From Chrysomallon squamiferum (taxonomy: Eukaryota; Animalia; Mollusca): a stretch of DNA of 64,000 bases. The stretch covers positions 33,976,001 to 34,040,000 of the forward strand of contig CM022672.1 in the NCBI GenBank assembly GCA_012295275.1, in the 5' to 3' direction. The notes beneath the pieces were generated by a model. That model saw nothing but the letters and a program-made list of their open reading frames with translations. It did not search any database and was not told the DNA's origin. The translations under genes and the position numbers were made by a program. Below are positions 39,841 through 63,995 of the stretch, in pieces (position 1 is the first letter of the stretch; each line of letters starts with the position of its first letter).

Positions 39841-41472
39841 ATGTCTAAAAGATGCAACACGATCGTTGATGGATTGAAAAATTTTCATTGTTTGATAGAA
39901 TTTGTTTTGTGGCTATTTTCGTGCATGTATTTTCTGATTGGTATTGCAGAACATTACTACAATGTCAGTACACCATATTATGACATTGGTACGGCTATTA
40001 TATTGAGAGGTTTCGCTTGTGCAGCGGGATTTACACGGGACGGATTATATAACAAATATGTCTTTGTGTCGTATGTCACCCTTTATGTTGCCTCTGTGTT
40101 GTTTGAAATGTTCCGAGCAATAGTAAGACAAACTCTTCTTTTGCAAGACGAATCTCTCTGTTTGAGTCTTCCAACATACTGGGTTCTCGTTGTTTTCTAT
40201 CATCTTCTCACAAACAACAAGATCACGACGTTTCTACTCAGCGATGAGACAATTGAATATATGTTGTTAAATTTTATCCTATCCAACTGTGAAGAACAGC
40301 AGAAACAGCGAGCTACACCCGTTTATTAGTATCCTGTGGCTCTGTTGTATGAAACTGGTTTTGGGCGGTTCTCCATGGACACTAAAATATACGTAATATA
40401 CATAATTATCATCACTCAATTCTTATATGAATTTAGTCTTAATTACTGCTTGTGGATATATTTTAAATGTGAATTCAGTTTGTACTTTGGACGAAGGTCT
40501 AAATTATGCCCTTTTGAACAAAGTGAGAAACTGTCAAATGAATCTAAGTCTGATACACAAACGAGAATTTAAAAAGTCAAACGGAAACATATCAAAACTT
40601 GCACACTGATTTCCACCAGAAGGATTCATCTTTTGTTTTTGCAGTCGAAACAATGGAAAGTCAGATCATTTCTTTCAAAAAATGTGATAAATCGTAGTTT
40701 ATCTGTTGGAGACGCAAACAGTGAGCGTTTTCAAGAGGTTGGACTCAGTAACCTGACTGAGAATGAGACAGACATGTACAAAATGGACGCCAGACCCAAA
40801 GGAATTTGTGTGATCATCAACAACCGAGATTTTACTGATGAACGACTAAGTCGACGCGATGGCACAGACGAAGATAAAAACAAAGTGGAAGACTTTTTCA
40901 GACGACGTCATTTTGAAGTGAGAATCTTTGAAAACCAGACCGATTCGGATATGCTGGAAGAACTAAAACAAATATCTTCTCTGGATCATCGTAGCTACGA
41001 CTGTTTCGTCTGCTTCATACTTTCACATGGAGAGCACGGGTCAGTGTATGGAAGTAATGGCAAGCTTGTGTCAGTAGACGAAATAGAAACTTTTTTCTGC
41101 CCCAGACAGTGTCGCTCTTTAGCCAAGAAAGCAAAACTATTTTTCGTTCAAGCTTGCCAGGGAAGTCGACCGGCGCAAGGCGTTGCTGTGGAAATAGATC
41201 ACGGATACTGCTGTGACGTCAGAGCAGAATATCCTGTTCACGAGTCGGCGGACATTCTGACGATTTTCGCTACGACTCCTGGAAACCTCGCCTACAGACA
41301 GACGACAGGATCTCGTTTTATTTCTACACTGATTGAAGTACTCGACAACAATCCTCGAGTCAGTCTTCTCGATATAATCACCATGGTGACAAAGAAAATG
41401 GATGAAGTTACTGATCCGAAACAAATTCCTATACTGAAGTCGACTCTCCGGAAACAAATTATTTTAAACTAG
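39841..41472 (+). pseudogene. Transmembrane-caspase copy 1: two in-frame nonsense codons in the N-terminal region, catalytic domain intact
   Basis: Collinear with 44323-45963. TAG at 40327 (TCG in copy 2), TAA at 40570 (AAA in copy 2), a 9-nt in-frame deletion and no frameshift. SHG and QACQG are retained. Possible internal start ATG at 40774. Confidence 0.8.
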
Positions 41473-41575
41473 ATATTTCTTTTTACATCTGATTTCCTGA
41501 AAAAGACGTTTGAAAATAAGTTACTTTTATACAACCATGTTTTAAAAAAGAAAAAAAAAAAGAAAAAAGAAAACA

Positions 41576-41610
<35 letters not shown>

Positions 41611-43985
41611 AAAAGAAAAGGAAGCACAAAATGTTTGTCTTCTTCGATTATAAAATGAATACTGTAACAATGTGGATCAAGAGAACATAGAACTGTATTT
41701 TAGTTATGAAGTGAAGCTTCGCATGATATTGAAAACAAAACAATACAACACTTACTATAATTAGTAACATATTTCATGAACTGGAAGGAGTGACGAACAG
41801 ACAAACGTTTTTATTTTTATTTATTTAATATTTAGCGTGTTATTATTACAGATAAGTATTTAAAAATCTAAATTAGAGAGCTAGTAAAAATATGATAGTG
41901 ATGGCTAAATATAATAACACATACACACACACACACACAGATATATATATATATATATATATATGTGATTAAAATAATTGATTGCGATGTTAAGATATCA
42001 AGTTTGATGCGAGATGTTTATTTTAACATCTTTTCTCACCTGCGAAGGTCTAAATGGCCGATTGCAACGAGATTCGGTGTAAATTATAACTTGATAGAAA
42101 AAGAAAGATCTGGAAAAGAGATAGTTGAATATTCATAATTTTAATAATCCCTGAAAATCGTTATGACTGGGTTTAGTAGATAACATTTTTGTGTAACGAA
42201 CACAGATTTTTGTCTGTCTGAATATCTTATTTTCTCATTTTCCGATAAGAGATAATACCCGAAACCACAAAATAATAAGTAAAAAATGTATATATGTATA
42301 TATCATTACTATTGTTACTTTTATTAATTAATTAATTAATTTGTTTGTTTATTAACTTGTGGCTTTGTGACAATTTAAAAATAGTGAAGAAAATAAATTT
42401 AAGTTTACTAATTATTAATTTTCATGTTAACGATTTATTTACATTCTTTTAGTATTTTTATGTTTATAAATTTACTAACACACGCAGATACATACACACA
42501 TACATGTTATATGCATGTATATAGGTTTGTTTTTCTGTATATGAACGAAAAACAAATATATATATATATATATGTAGCAGACTTTGACAGTAAGGCACGT
42601 CTGAACGACATTGTCTAGTAAACGGCTAGTTCGGTCTAATCATATCTGTTTCTAAGTAGCCCGACTGGTCGTGTTAATAATGTATGAAATGTGAATTAGT
42701 TTGCTATCAGTGATCCTACAGACATTACTTCATTCTATTTTTATTGATCAGCGGATAGACTGTCACTGAACAGTTTGGTCTAGTTGATACTAAACTTTCT
42801 ATTATCTGATCATTGTTCTGATATCAGCTTTATTTATCAGCTGGGTCAGGCGTAGCTTGGTTACCAGGCTCGGGGCGAGGCAACTGTACTGCGCTCCCCT
42901 CCCCCGTGGAAATTAGCCACCCTCGACCCACTTGCACATATTATTTCATTCTTTCTTTCTTTATTTTCTTCCGAACGATTATAATAAAAACACTATGGGC
43001 ACTGCACAAGTCATTTTGATAACCTTAAACTACTGAAGTGATTTTGACACGTGACGTCACAAGCTAGTTTTGGATGCTGACATTTAACTTGAAGACAGTT
43101 TTATTACCAATGTACTTTACAAGTTAAAACATAATATTTAGTTAAATAAATAGCAAATATTGTAAAAAATAGAATGTATGTGTACATCCTTTGATTAATA
43201 AGTTATCTTTCGTTTTAAATTATTATTGATGCAATTTTATTATTAAAAATTAATTTTTAAAGAATATATTGTCTGACCCAAATCATGAAAAACTAGACTT
43301 GAACCGCGTTACTTGCCAGTTCAGTTAATTACTAGTAGATATCAATTTAATTAACAACGCTCTGTTTAGTGAATTTAATTAAATAAAAATCGAAAGAATA
43401 TAACCCATGAAGGAAAAATAAAGAAAACGTGTTTGTGTTGTTATTATTATTATTATTATTATTATTTTTTTTACACTTCATGTTCGTAGAGGTTTCTAGG
43501 AATTTCGATTTGAAATCCATGACTCTCCAAACTAATTTTTACTTACCATTTAAATTATTAAATACCTAGATCAGTTTTTCACTGAATGGAAGGGTTTTTA
43601 TTTTGTTTTTTTTTTTTTTTTACCGTTTGAAGTACTTCAAGTCGTACCACTAACCAGTCTCCCATTTTCCCTTGACTGCGTCTCGCTCAAAGCGAGGTCG
43701 GCGCCATATTTGTATTTTGTCGCAGTTGATATCTTTCCCAGTCGTGAAATGTAATTAATGATAAGAAGTCGTCAAAAACCAACACAGCTCGCTCAAGTTA
43801 AGAAAGCTGTATATTAATCAAATATGGTTAACGGTTAACACACACACACATCGCAAAGAACTGGTCCATAGTTTTTTAATGACTTTTTATCTGTTTTCCT
43901 CCTGTTTGTTTTTTTTGAATCGAAAATAGCACGTGATACACACTTGTAAATTAAACTGTATACAGAATCGTGTACGGACATGTCT

Positions 43986-44025
43986 GGGTTTTTCCAGTCC
44001 GGGTTTTTCGAGTCTGGGTTTTTCT
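43986..44025 (+). promoter_or_regulatory. Three tandem kB-like sites upstream of caspase copy 2
   Basis: GGGTTTTTCC, GGGTTTTTCG and GGGTTTTTCT at 15-bp spacing. Confidence 0.55.
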
Positions 44026-44322
44026 GTCTGTTTTACCTTCGTCAAGTAAACATTACAGTTCAGTCATACCCAACCTGGCAGAGTGAAAAGTACACACAAC
44101 AAAGATTTACTACAGTAAGAATATTCCTTAACTGTATGTATGTGTTTTGCCTCTCGGTTAACCGTCAAATAATTATTGATCAGCACTTCAAGAAGGTGAA
44201 CAATTAAATCTAACTTCGAAAAGGAGATTAATTGTTTCCTGTATTCTATTCTGTATCGACTATTAAAAATAAATAAATAATAAATAAAATAAAATAAAAA
44301 CTAGAAAGAAAGAAGAGGAAAT

Positions 44323-45963
44323 ATGTATAAAAGATGCAACACGATCGTTGATGAATTTGAACATTCTCAATGTTTTAACAAATTTGTTTTGTGGCTATTT
44401 TCTTGCATGTATTTTCTGATTGGTATTGCAGAACATTACTACAATGTCAGTACACCATATTGTGACATTGGTACGGCTATTATATTGATAGGTTTCGCTT
44501 GTGTAGCGGGATTTACACGGAATGGATTATATAACAAACATGTCTTTGCGTCGTATGTCACCCTTTCAATTGAAGCTCTGTTGTTTGAAATGTACCGAAC
44601 AATAGCAAGACAAACTCTTCTTTTGGAAGACGAATCTTTCTGTTTGAGTACTACAACATACTGGGTGCTCGTTGTTTTCTATCATCTTCTCAGAAAGTAC
44701 AAAATAGCGACGTTTCTACTCAGCTATGGGACAATTAAATATACGTTGTTAAATTTTATCCAATTCAGCTGTGAAGAACAGCAGAAACAGCCAACTACAC
44801 CTGTTTATTCGTATCCTGAGGCACTGTCGCATGAAACTGTTTTTGAGCGGTTCCTTCTGGACACTAAAATATACGTAATATACACCATTATCATCATTCA
44901 GTTGTTATGTGCATTTAGACTTAATTACTTCTTGTGGATACATTTTAAATGTGAACTCAGGTGGTACTTTGGACGAAGATCTAAATCATGCCCTTTTGAA
45001 CAAAGTGAGAAACAAACAAATGAATCTAAGTCTGATACACAAACGATAATTAAAAAAGTCAAACGTAAACATATCAAAACTAACACAGCGATTTCCACCA
45101 GAAAGATTCTTTGTTTGTTTTTGCAGTCGAAGCAATGGAAAGTCAGATCATTTCATTCAAAACATGTGATAAATCGTCTAGTTCGTTGTTTGTCTGTTGG
45201 AGACGCAAACAGTGAACGTTTTCAAGAGGCTAGACTGAGTAACCTGACTGAGAATGAGACAGACGTGTACAAAATGGACGCCAGACCCAAAGGAATTTGT
45301 GTGATCATCAACAACCGAGATTTTACTGATGAACGACTAAGTCGACGCGATGGCACAGACGAAGATAAAAACAAAGTGGAAGACTTTTTCAGACGACGTC
45401 ATTTTGAAGTGAGAATCTTTGAAAACCAGACGGATTCGGATATGCTGGAAGAACTAAAACGAATATCTTCTCTGGATCATCGAAACTATGACTGTTTTGT
45501 CTGCTTCATACTTTCACATGGACAGCACGGGTCAGTTTATGGAAGTAATGGCAAGCTTGTGTCAACAGAAGAAATACAGAGTTTTTTCTGCCCCAGACAG
45601 TGTCGCTCTTTAGCCAACAAACCAAAACTATTTTTCGTTCAAGCTTGCCAGGGAAATCGACCGGCGCAAAGCGTTGCTGTGGAAATAGATCACGGATACT
45701 GTTGTGACGTCAGAGCAGAATATCCTGTTCACGAGTCGGCGGACTTTCTGACGGTTTTCGCTACGACTCCTGGAAACCTCGCCTACAGACAGACGACAGG
45801 ATCTCATTTTATTTCTACACTGATTGAAGTACTCGACAACAATCCTCGAGTCAGTCTTCTCGATATAATCACCAAAGTGACAAAGAAAATGGATGAAGTT
45901 ACTGATCCGAAACAAATTCCTATATTGAAGTCGACTCTCCGGAAACAAATTATTTTAAACTAG
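44323..45963 (+). CDS. Intronless caspase (peptidase C14, caspase-8/3-like catalytic domain) with a multi-pass hydrophobic N-terminus, 546 aa
   Basis: YKMDARPKGICVIINN, RDGTDED, CFILSHG (catalytic His), KPKLFFVQACQG (catalytic Cys), ADFL..FATTPG and GSHFI motifs. Residues about 20-207 contain 5-6 hydrophobic segments. No DED/CARD recognisable. Confidence 0.92.
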   Translation: MYKRCNTIVDEFEHSQCFNKFVLWLFSCMYFLIGIAEHYYNVSTPYCDIGTAIILIGFACVAGFTRNGLYNKHVFASYVTLSIEALLFEMYRTIARQTLLLEDESFCLSTTTYWVLVVFYHLLRKYKIATFLLSYGTIKYTLLNFIQFSCEEQQKQPTTPVYSYPEALSHETVFERFLLDTKIYVIYTIIIIQLLCAFRLNYFLWIHFKCELRWYFGRRSKSCPFEQSEKQTNESKSDTQTIIKKVKRKHIKTNTAISTRKILCLFLQSKQWKVRSFHSKHVINRLVRCLSVGDANSERFQEARLSNLTENETDVYKMDARPKGICVIINNRDFTDERLSRRDGTDEDKNKVEDFFRRRHFEVRIFENQTDSDMLEELKRISSLDHRNYDCFVCFILSHGQHGSVYGSNGKLVSTEEIQSFFCPRQCRSLANKPKLFFVQACQGNRPAQSVAVEIDHGYCCDVRAEYPVHESADFLTVFATTPGNLAYRQTTGSHFISTLIEVLDNNPRVSLLDIITKVTKKMDEVTDPKQIPILKSTLRKQIILN

Positions 45964-47634
45964 ATTTTTTTTATTTCAGGTGATTTCCTGAAAAAGTTCG
46001 TTTGAAAATAAAGTTACTTTTGCATAAACATGTTTTCAAAAAAAAAAAAAAAAAAAAAATGAAAAAGAAAAATGTTTGTCTTCTTCGACTAAAATGAATA
46101 CTGTATCATTTTGTATCATTTTGGATCTACATAGAACTGTGTTTTAGTTACGAACTGAAACTTCGCATGATGTTGAAATAAAAAAAAACAAAAAAAACAA
46201 ACACTTACGATAATTACTAACATATTTCATGAACTGGAAGGAGTGATGAACAGACAAACGTTTTTATTTTTATTTATTTAATTCAATTTAATTAATTAAT
46301 TTATTTATTTAGCGTCTTATTATTACAAGTAAGTATTCAAAAAATCTAAATTAGATAGTTGGTAAAAATATGATAGTGATGACTAAATATAATGACATAT
46401 AATGATATATATATATATATATATATATAGTTGTAATTAAAACAATTGATTGTGATGTTAATCCGATCTTAAGTTTAATCCGTTATTTTTATTTTAACAT
46501 CTTTTCTCACCTGCGAAGGTGGAAATGGCCGATTGCAAAGAGTTCGGTGTAAATTATAACTTGATAGAAAAAGAAAGATCTGGAAAAGAGATAGTTGAAT
46601 ATTCATAATTTTAATAATCCCTGAAAATCGTTATGACTGGGTTTAGTAGAAAACATTTTTGTGTAAAGAACACAGATTTTTGTCTGTCTGAATATCTTAT
46701 TTTCTCGTTTTCCGATAAGACATCATGCCCAAAACAACAAAGTAATAAATAAGAAATGTATATATAACATTATTATTGTTATTTTTGTTAATTAATTAAT
46801 TAATATTTTTGTTTATTTACTTGTGGCTTTGTGACAATTTAAAAAATAGAGAAGAAAATAAATTTAAGTTTACAATTTATTAATTTTTCATGTTAACGAT
46901 TTATTTACATTCTTTTAGTATTTTTATGTTCATAACAATTTACTAACGTTATATTCCTTTAGTATTTTTATGTTCATAAATTTACTAACACACGCAGGTA
47001 CATACACACATACATATATATATTACATGCATATATATAGGTTTGTTTTTCTCTATCTGAACGAAAAACAAATATATATATGCACACATTAAATATCGAC
47101 ATTACCTATCAGTACAGAACAGTTTTATTAAATATATATATATATATATATCTATATGCACATCAAATATCGATATTACCTATCAGTACAGAACAGTTTT
47201 AGTAATTATCCTTCCATGTACAGACACACACACATACATACACACTCACACACTAAACACACACCTGGATTTTAAAATTAGGTTTATCAATATATAAATA
47301 TATACTTTAAACTTTCTGTTGTCTGTTTACTGTGCTGACGTCAGCTTTATTTATCAGCTGGGTCAGACGTAGCGTTGGTTACCAGGCTCGGGGCGAGGCT
47401 ACTGTACTGCGCCCCCCTTCCCCGTGGAAATTACCCACCCTCGACCTACTTCCACTAATTCATTGTCGCATCATTAACATTATCTTTTATTATAATAACT
47501 TGTAAAAGTATTTAAGAAAAATTAACAGTTCATTTTACAACGACAATATTAACATTATACTTAGTAATAATAGATGTGAATGTTTTAAAATTAAAGTACT
47601 GGTTATAAAAAAATATTATTATTAGTTAATTTAA

Positions 47635-47670
<36 letters not shown>

Positions 47671-47679
47671 AATAATAAT

Positions 47680-48053
47680 TAAAAACTTTTCCGAGGTTTC
47701 AGATGTCAACCTATCGCTTTCAGGTGTTTATTAGTTTATGTATTTTATGGAGACTCGGCCTTTTCTGAGGTTTTGTTAACGTAAAATAGCGTTATTTCTC
47801 TCAGATCGTGTTTTTATGCAGTATCTGATGGAGGCAAAGCTATTTTTAACGTGCAGAATAAGAATAAGATCACCGATTAAATATAACCAACAACACAAAG
47901 AATAACAACAACAGCAACAACAAGAACTGCAATAATAATAATAATAATAAACCACAAATGCAAACTTCTCACAAGAATAAGACAGCAACAACAATCAGAA
48001 AATGCAGAAAAAAACAAAACAGTAACGACGTCGAACATGACGACAAAAAAACA

Positions 48054-48095
<42 letters not shown>

Positions 48096-48573
48096 TTTTT
48101 AAAAGCTGATTATTTGTTTGCAGTACTAGTTCAAAATTTATTTGGAAATAATATCATATTTATTTTTGTTAGTATAACGGTAAAATAATAAATCTGCATT
48201 AAGTTTGTGTTGAATTGTTCTAGATGTTGCTGTTTTAAAATGAAAGCAGTGGTTATAAAAATTATTAATTTGAAAAATAAGTTATACAAAAGATTCATCA
48301 ATGTGAAACTGTTTTCATGGTTTCAGATATCGCTGTACAGTAAGCATATCGCTTTGAGTTGTTTATTTGTTTATGTATATTCTGGAGACTGCCTTTGGTG
48401 TAACTTTGTGCACGTGAAAGAGAGTTATTTCCCTTATATCGTCTTTTTATGCAGTATTTGATCAAGGCAAAGGTACTTTTAACATTCGTGAAAGAAACGT
48501 GAACGAATTTAGTGTTGCTGAAATTATAATAAATTATATTATGTCTAACCAACACTTGTTTCAGACGAGTTTC

Positions 48574-48618
<45 letters not shown>

Positions 48619-48652
48619 TTTTTTATTTATTCATTAGGCAGCATACACTCAC

Positions 48653-48687
<35 letters not shown>

Positions 48688-49118
48688 TAATAATAATAAC
48701 AATACCTTTATATAATCATATTTACTTAAAAAGATAACAAAAATGGAATTATTTTGTTATCTCAATTTGTCTGCATTTTACAGAACGCGTAGTTTGAAAT
48801 GACATCTATCAAAAAAATTCAAGAATTTTTTCATCAATGTGAAAATGTTTTCAAGGTTTCAAATATCACTGTATCGCTTTGACTTATTTATTAGTTTATT
48901 TCTTTATAGAGACTCAGCCTTTGCTGTAATTTTTTTAAAATAAAAGAGAGTTATTTCCCTTACATCATGTTTTTATGCAGTATTTGATCGACGCAGAGCT
49001 ATTTATTATTTAAAAAATGTATTATTATTATTTTTAAATACAAACATTAAATTACTGTATTACTTGTTGTTTATTTGTATTTATTATTTGATTCATTCAT
49101 TCGGCAGCACACACTCAC

Positions 49119-49130
<12 letters not shown>
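47680..49130. repeat. Three diverged tandem copies of a ~550-bp unit
   Basis: The core GGTTTCAGAT...TATCGCTTT...GAGACT...GTTATTTC...TTTTTATGCAGTAT occurs at about 47690, 48310 and 48850; GGCAGCA.ACACTCACAATAAT occurs at about 48637 and 49103. Confidence 0.8.
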
Positions 49131-49191
<61 letters not shown>

Positions 49192-51085
49192 TTATAGTAA
49201 CAAGATATAGTATTTTTGTTGCACAAAAATAAACAGAGAGAGAGAGAGAGAGAGAGAGGTGATTGTAAAATATATAACTGTGAATACAGTTTTATTCAGT
49301 TTGTTATAGAGTCTCTATTTACAGAAAGTACTCAGATAAGATGTGATCTGTGTTGTATTTATTTAGTTTAATTAGATATTTCACTGTTGTATAAAATAAT
49401 AATTATTGTGCATTGATATCAGAGCCAGAATATAATAAAGCCGTTTAGCAAGCAAAATACAAAGGCTCAGACTACTGTTTAGAACTCGGATCACAATCAA
49501 ACTCAACTATGTTGTGAATGTTAATTTGCTTGACCCCGGGGCAGTTGTCCAGTTTGTGTCTTTATAGACGTGGCTCGGGTACCACCCTGCTTTGTGTGAA
49601 ACACGTGTAAACAAACTTACATTAACACAAACCAACATCAGCCCGATGTTGAGTACGACCACCACGTAAACCACGTCTCACTGTGTGTCGTGTGTAACAA
49701 ACACAAAATACAAACACAAATACAAACACAAAATACAAACACAAACCTTCCGTCATTGATGTGAATGTTCTGTGGTTTAAAACACCGTGTTAAAAGAATA
49801 CTACACGGTTACATGTTTTTTATAATTAATCTATATTATCTGATATATTTTACGTTGTTATCCCATATTCACAATATGTTATAAATGCTAGATTAATTCA
49901 AAAGTATTTTTCCAGTACTGAAAGAGAAAAATGATATTTGTCATTTTTAAAATTTTCATGACGATAAATTATTTTTAACCGTACAACTTTATCTACTGAG
50001 AGAAATTAATATATATATATATATATGCCAAAACATATATAGTACTCGCACACAAATATATATATATATATATATATACACACTTTGACTAAAAACGAAA
50101 TATCAGCATTTATTTTCTAGAACAGTGTGATTGAGAAAATAAATGTTCCAGAATAATTAATATGTTTTGTGCTACTTCAGAAAATGTTAATTATGTTTTG
50201 TAGCATTTGTATCTTAACCAGAGTCGTTATCGCTCAGTTATTGATAATTAATTATAATTAGTATTATTCTAGTTAACTGAATAACATATATTATTATTAT
50301 ATTCATTATTATTACTGTCGTTGTTGTCGTCGTCTTTTCTACATAACATAGCCAAACCGGTTATATACGTGTCTTGTCCTAGTTAATATCACTGCTCCAT
50401 CTTGAACTACACTGGGGTGTATACACCGCTGAACTGAACACGGAAGAAGTAAAACAATATGCTTACATATTAGAAGGTAAATTCACTTGGGTTATAATGT
50501 TTGCTATATCTGCATCACGTCCAGGTCATTGTGTTAACAAACACATGCAGTTAAGACGTTAAAACAGTTGATGAATGTACACAGTAGCACAATAAAGAAA
50601 AACATTATCGAAAACCAAAACCAGAGAAAACAAAAACAAACACAAAAATAGAAAAAGTAATATATAGCGTTTAATATCATATTTTAAAGTACTACATATT
50701 AAGTGAATACAAAAATTAGAATAATCATGTCTTCTAAACCATAATTAGAAAGTAATGTATGAAAACAGAAGCAAAAGTTTACTAAAGATACAAAAATTTA
50801 GTAATGCAGAAACAACCTCGTTGAAGGAAATGTAAACTTAATATCTTCTGACACAAAGTACGTCTGATTTAACTTGAATGTCAACGATTGTGGAAAAGAA
50901 ATTAAAAATAAATATATAAGAAAAATATATTAAAAAATTAAAAAATCCTAAAATATTCACAATAATTAAAAAATATATTGAATAGTGCCCCATATTAATT
51001 TTTATTTCATTTTTTGCTTAAAGGTCCGACGCAAACATATATTTAAAATAATCATAATGACAATAATAATAACAACAACAACAAC

Positions 51086-51134
<49 letters not shown>

Positions 51135-51769
51135 TCAACTAAAAATAGATGCGGTAGTAGTATATCTATCCTTAAATAAGTTATATGATTCAATAATCTG
51201 ATGAATCACATGCAGTATTAATATATTACACACAATAACATATACCAATGTATACAAATATGGATAAACAATTCTTCTAATCTGGATGCGTTGCAAGATG
51301 TACATATTTGTAAATATAAATTTCGCTTCAATTAAGAAACAAATATATTTATAGCAACTAAGGAAATAATTAAGCGAAAAAAAGCCACTATTTTGACATT
51401 AAAAAACATAATCAACAGTTTAATTATGAAACTACAAAATAAACGTAGATCAGTAAATGAAAATTAATATATAGTGATCCTGACTAATGCAAACTTGATA
51501 TCTGGATGAAAAATTATACAATGGATAGAATGACAACTGGAGTGAAACATAATCCATCATCTGCTGAAATCAGTGATTATCTTTTGAAATTCAGATGCAT
51601 TCAGATGGGTGTTCAGAACAAGACATAAGGACATAATCTTCTGTTTAATGTAATTTTACAGAGCTTACTAATTTCCGAACAGCAGCCATCAATAATTTCT
51701 CTTAGACAAACCAAAGTTTCTGAGGCAAAACAGAAATAATCTAACAGTAAACTGACTAATTATTATGGC

Positions 51770-51835
<66 letters not shown>

Positions 51836-51959
51836 TTGACAAGAACAATACAAAAATACCACAAATCTAAAGATTACGTATAATTGGCAGGTGTTGGCGC
51901 ATGTTTCATGTTAAACAATAAGTAACACATGGTTTTCTCTTGGTGTTTCTTTTTTTTAC

Positions 51960-51994
<35 letters not shown>

Positions 51995-52282
51995 ACATTT
52001 AAATTGACAAATAAAAAATAAAACAATCTTGCTGCTTAGAATATGATTACGTACTCCTTAAATAACAAAATAAGTATTTACTTTACTGAATATTTAACGT
52101 ATAATGTTATATTACATATTCAGTTATACTGTACAATTATAAACAGACACTAAGAGATCATATACTGTACAGAATAGATGAAATAGCACTAATTTAATCA
52201 GTCTATGTCATAAAATCTAAAAACGTTTCACAACATTCTCAATGTTCTAAAATCATTCTTCTCTTTACTGATAATACAAATA

Positions 52283-63995
<11,713 letters not shown>

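Larger units (their letters stand above)
38400..47455 (+). repeat. Head-to-tail segmental duplication with units about 38400-42935 and 42940-47455
   Basis: Collinear near-identity from TTATTTCATTCTTTCTTTC through promoter, caspase ORF and 3' flank to a GC-rich block (GGCGTAGC...CACCCTCGACC) that ends each unit. Confidence 0.95.

Noticed and set aside
40327-40572. Stop-codon rescue of caspase copy 1 by A-to-I editing, readthrough or selenocysteine
   Set aside because: The stops are TAG and TAA (not TGA), correspond to Ser and Lys in copy 2, and no flanking duplex was seen; there is no evidence from sequence alone.
39499-44207. 75-aa ORFs MSGFFQSGFFESG... present in both duplicate units (39499-39726, 43980-44207)
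   Set aside because: Shared openness is explained by recent duplication, and the repeated SGFF is simply the kB-like triplet. A uORF cannot be excluded but is unsupported.
41137-45948. 106-aa antisense ORFs within both caspase domains
   Set aside because: Shadow frames of the conserved sense CDS.
49480-49760. GC-richer block with an ACAAA-repeat tail resembling a SINE
   Set aside because: No convincing Pol III A/B boxes or second copy in the window.
50330-51720. Alternative terminal PTP exons near 50340-50430 and 51640-51720
   Set aside because: The exon at 52283-52369 already supplies a phase-correct, family-typical C-terminus; the other candidates lack similarity.
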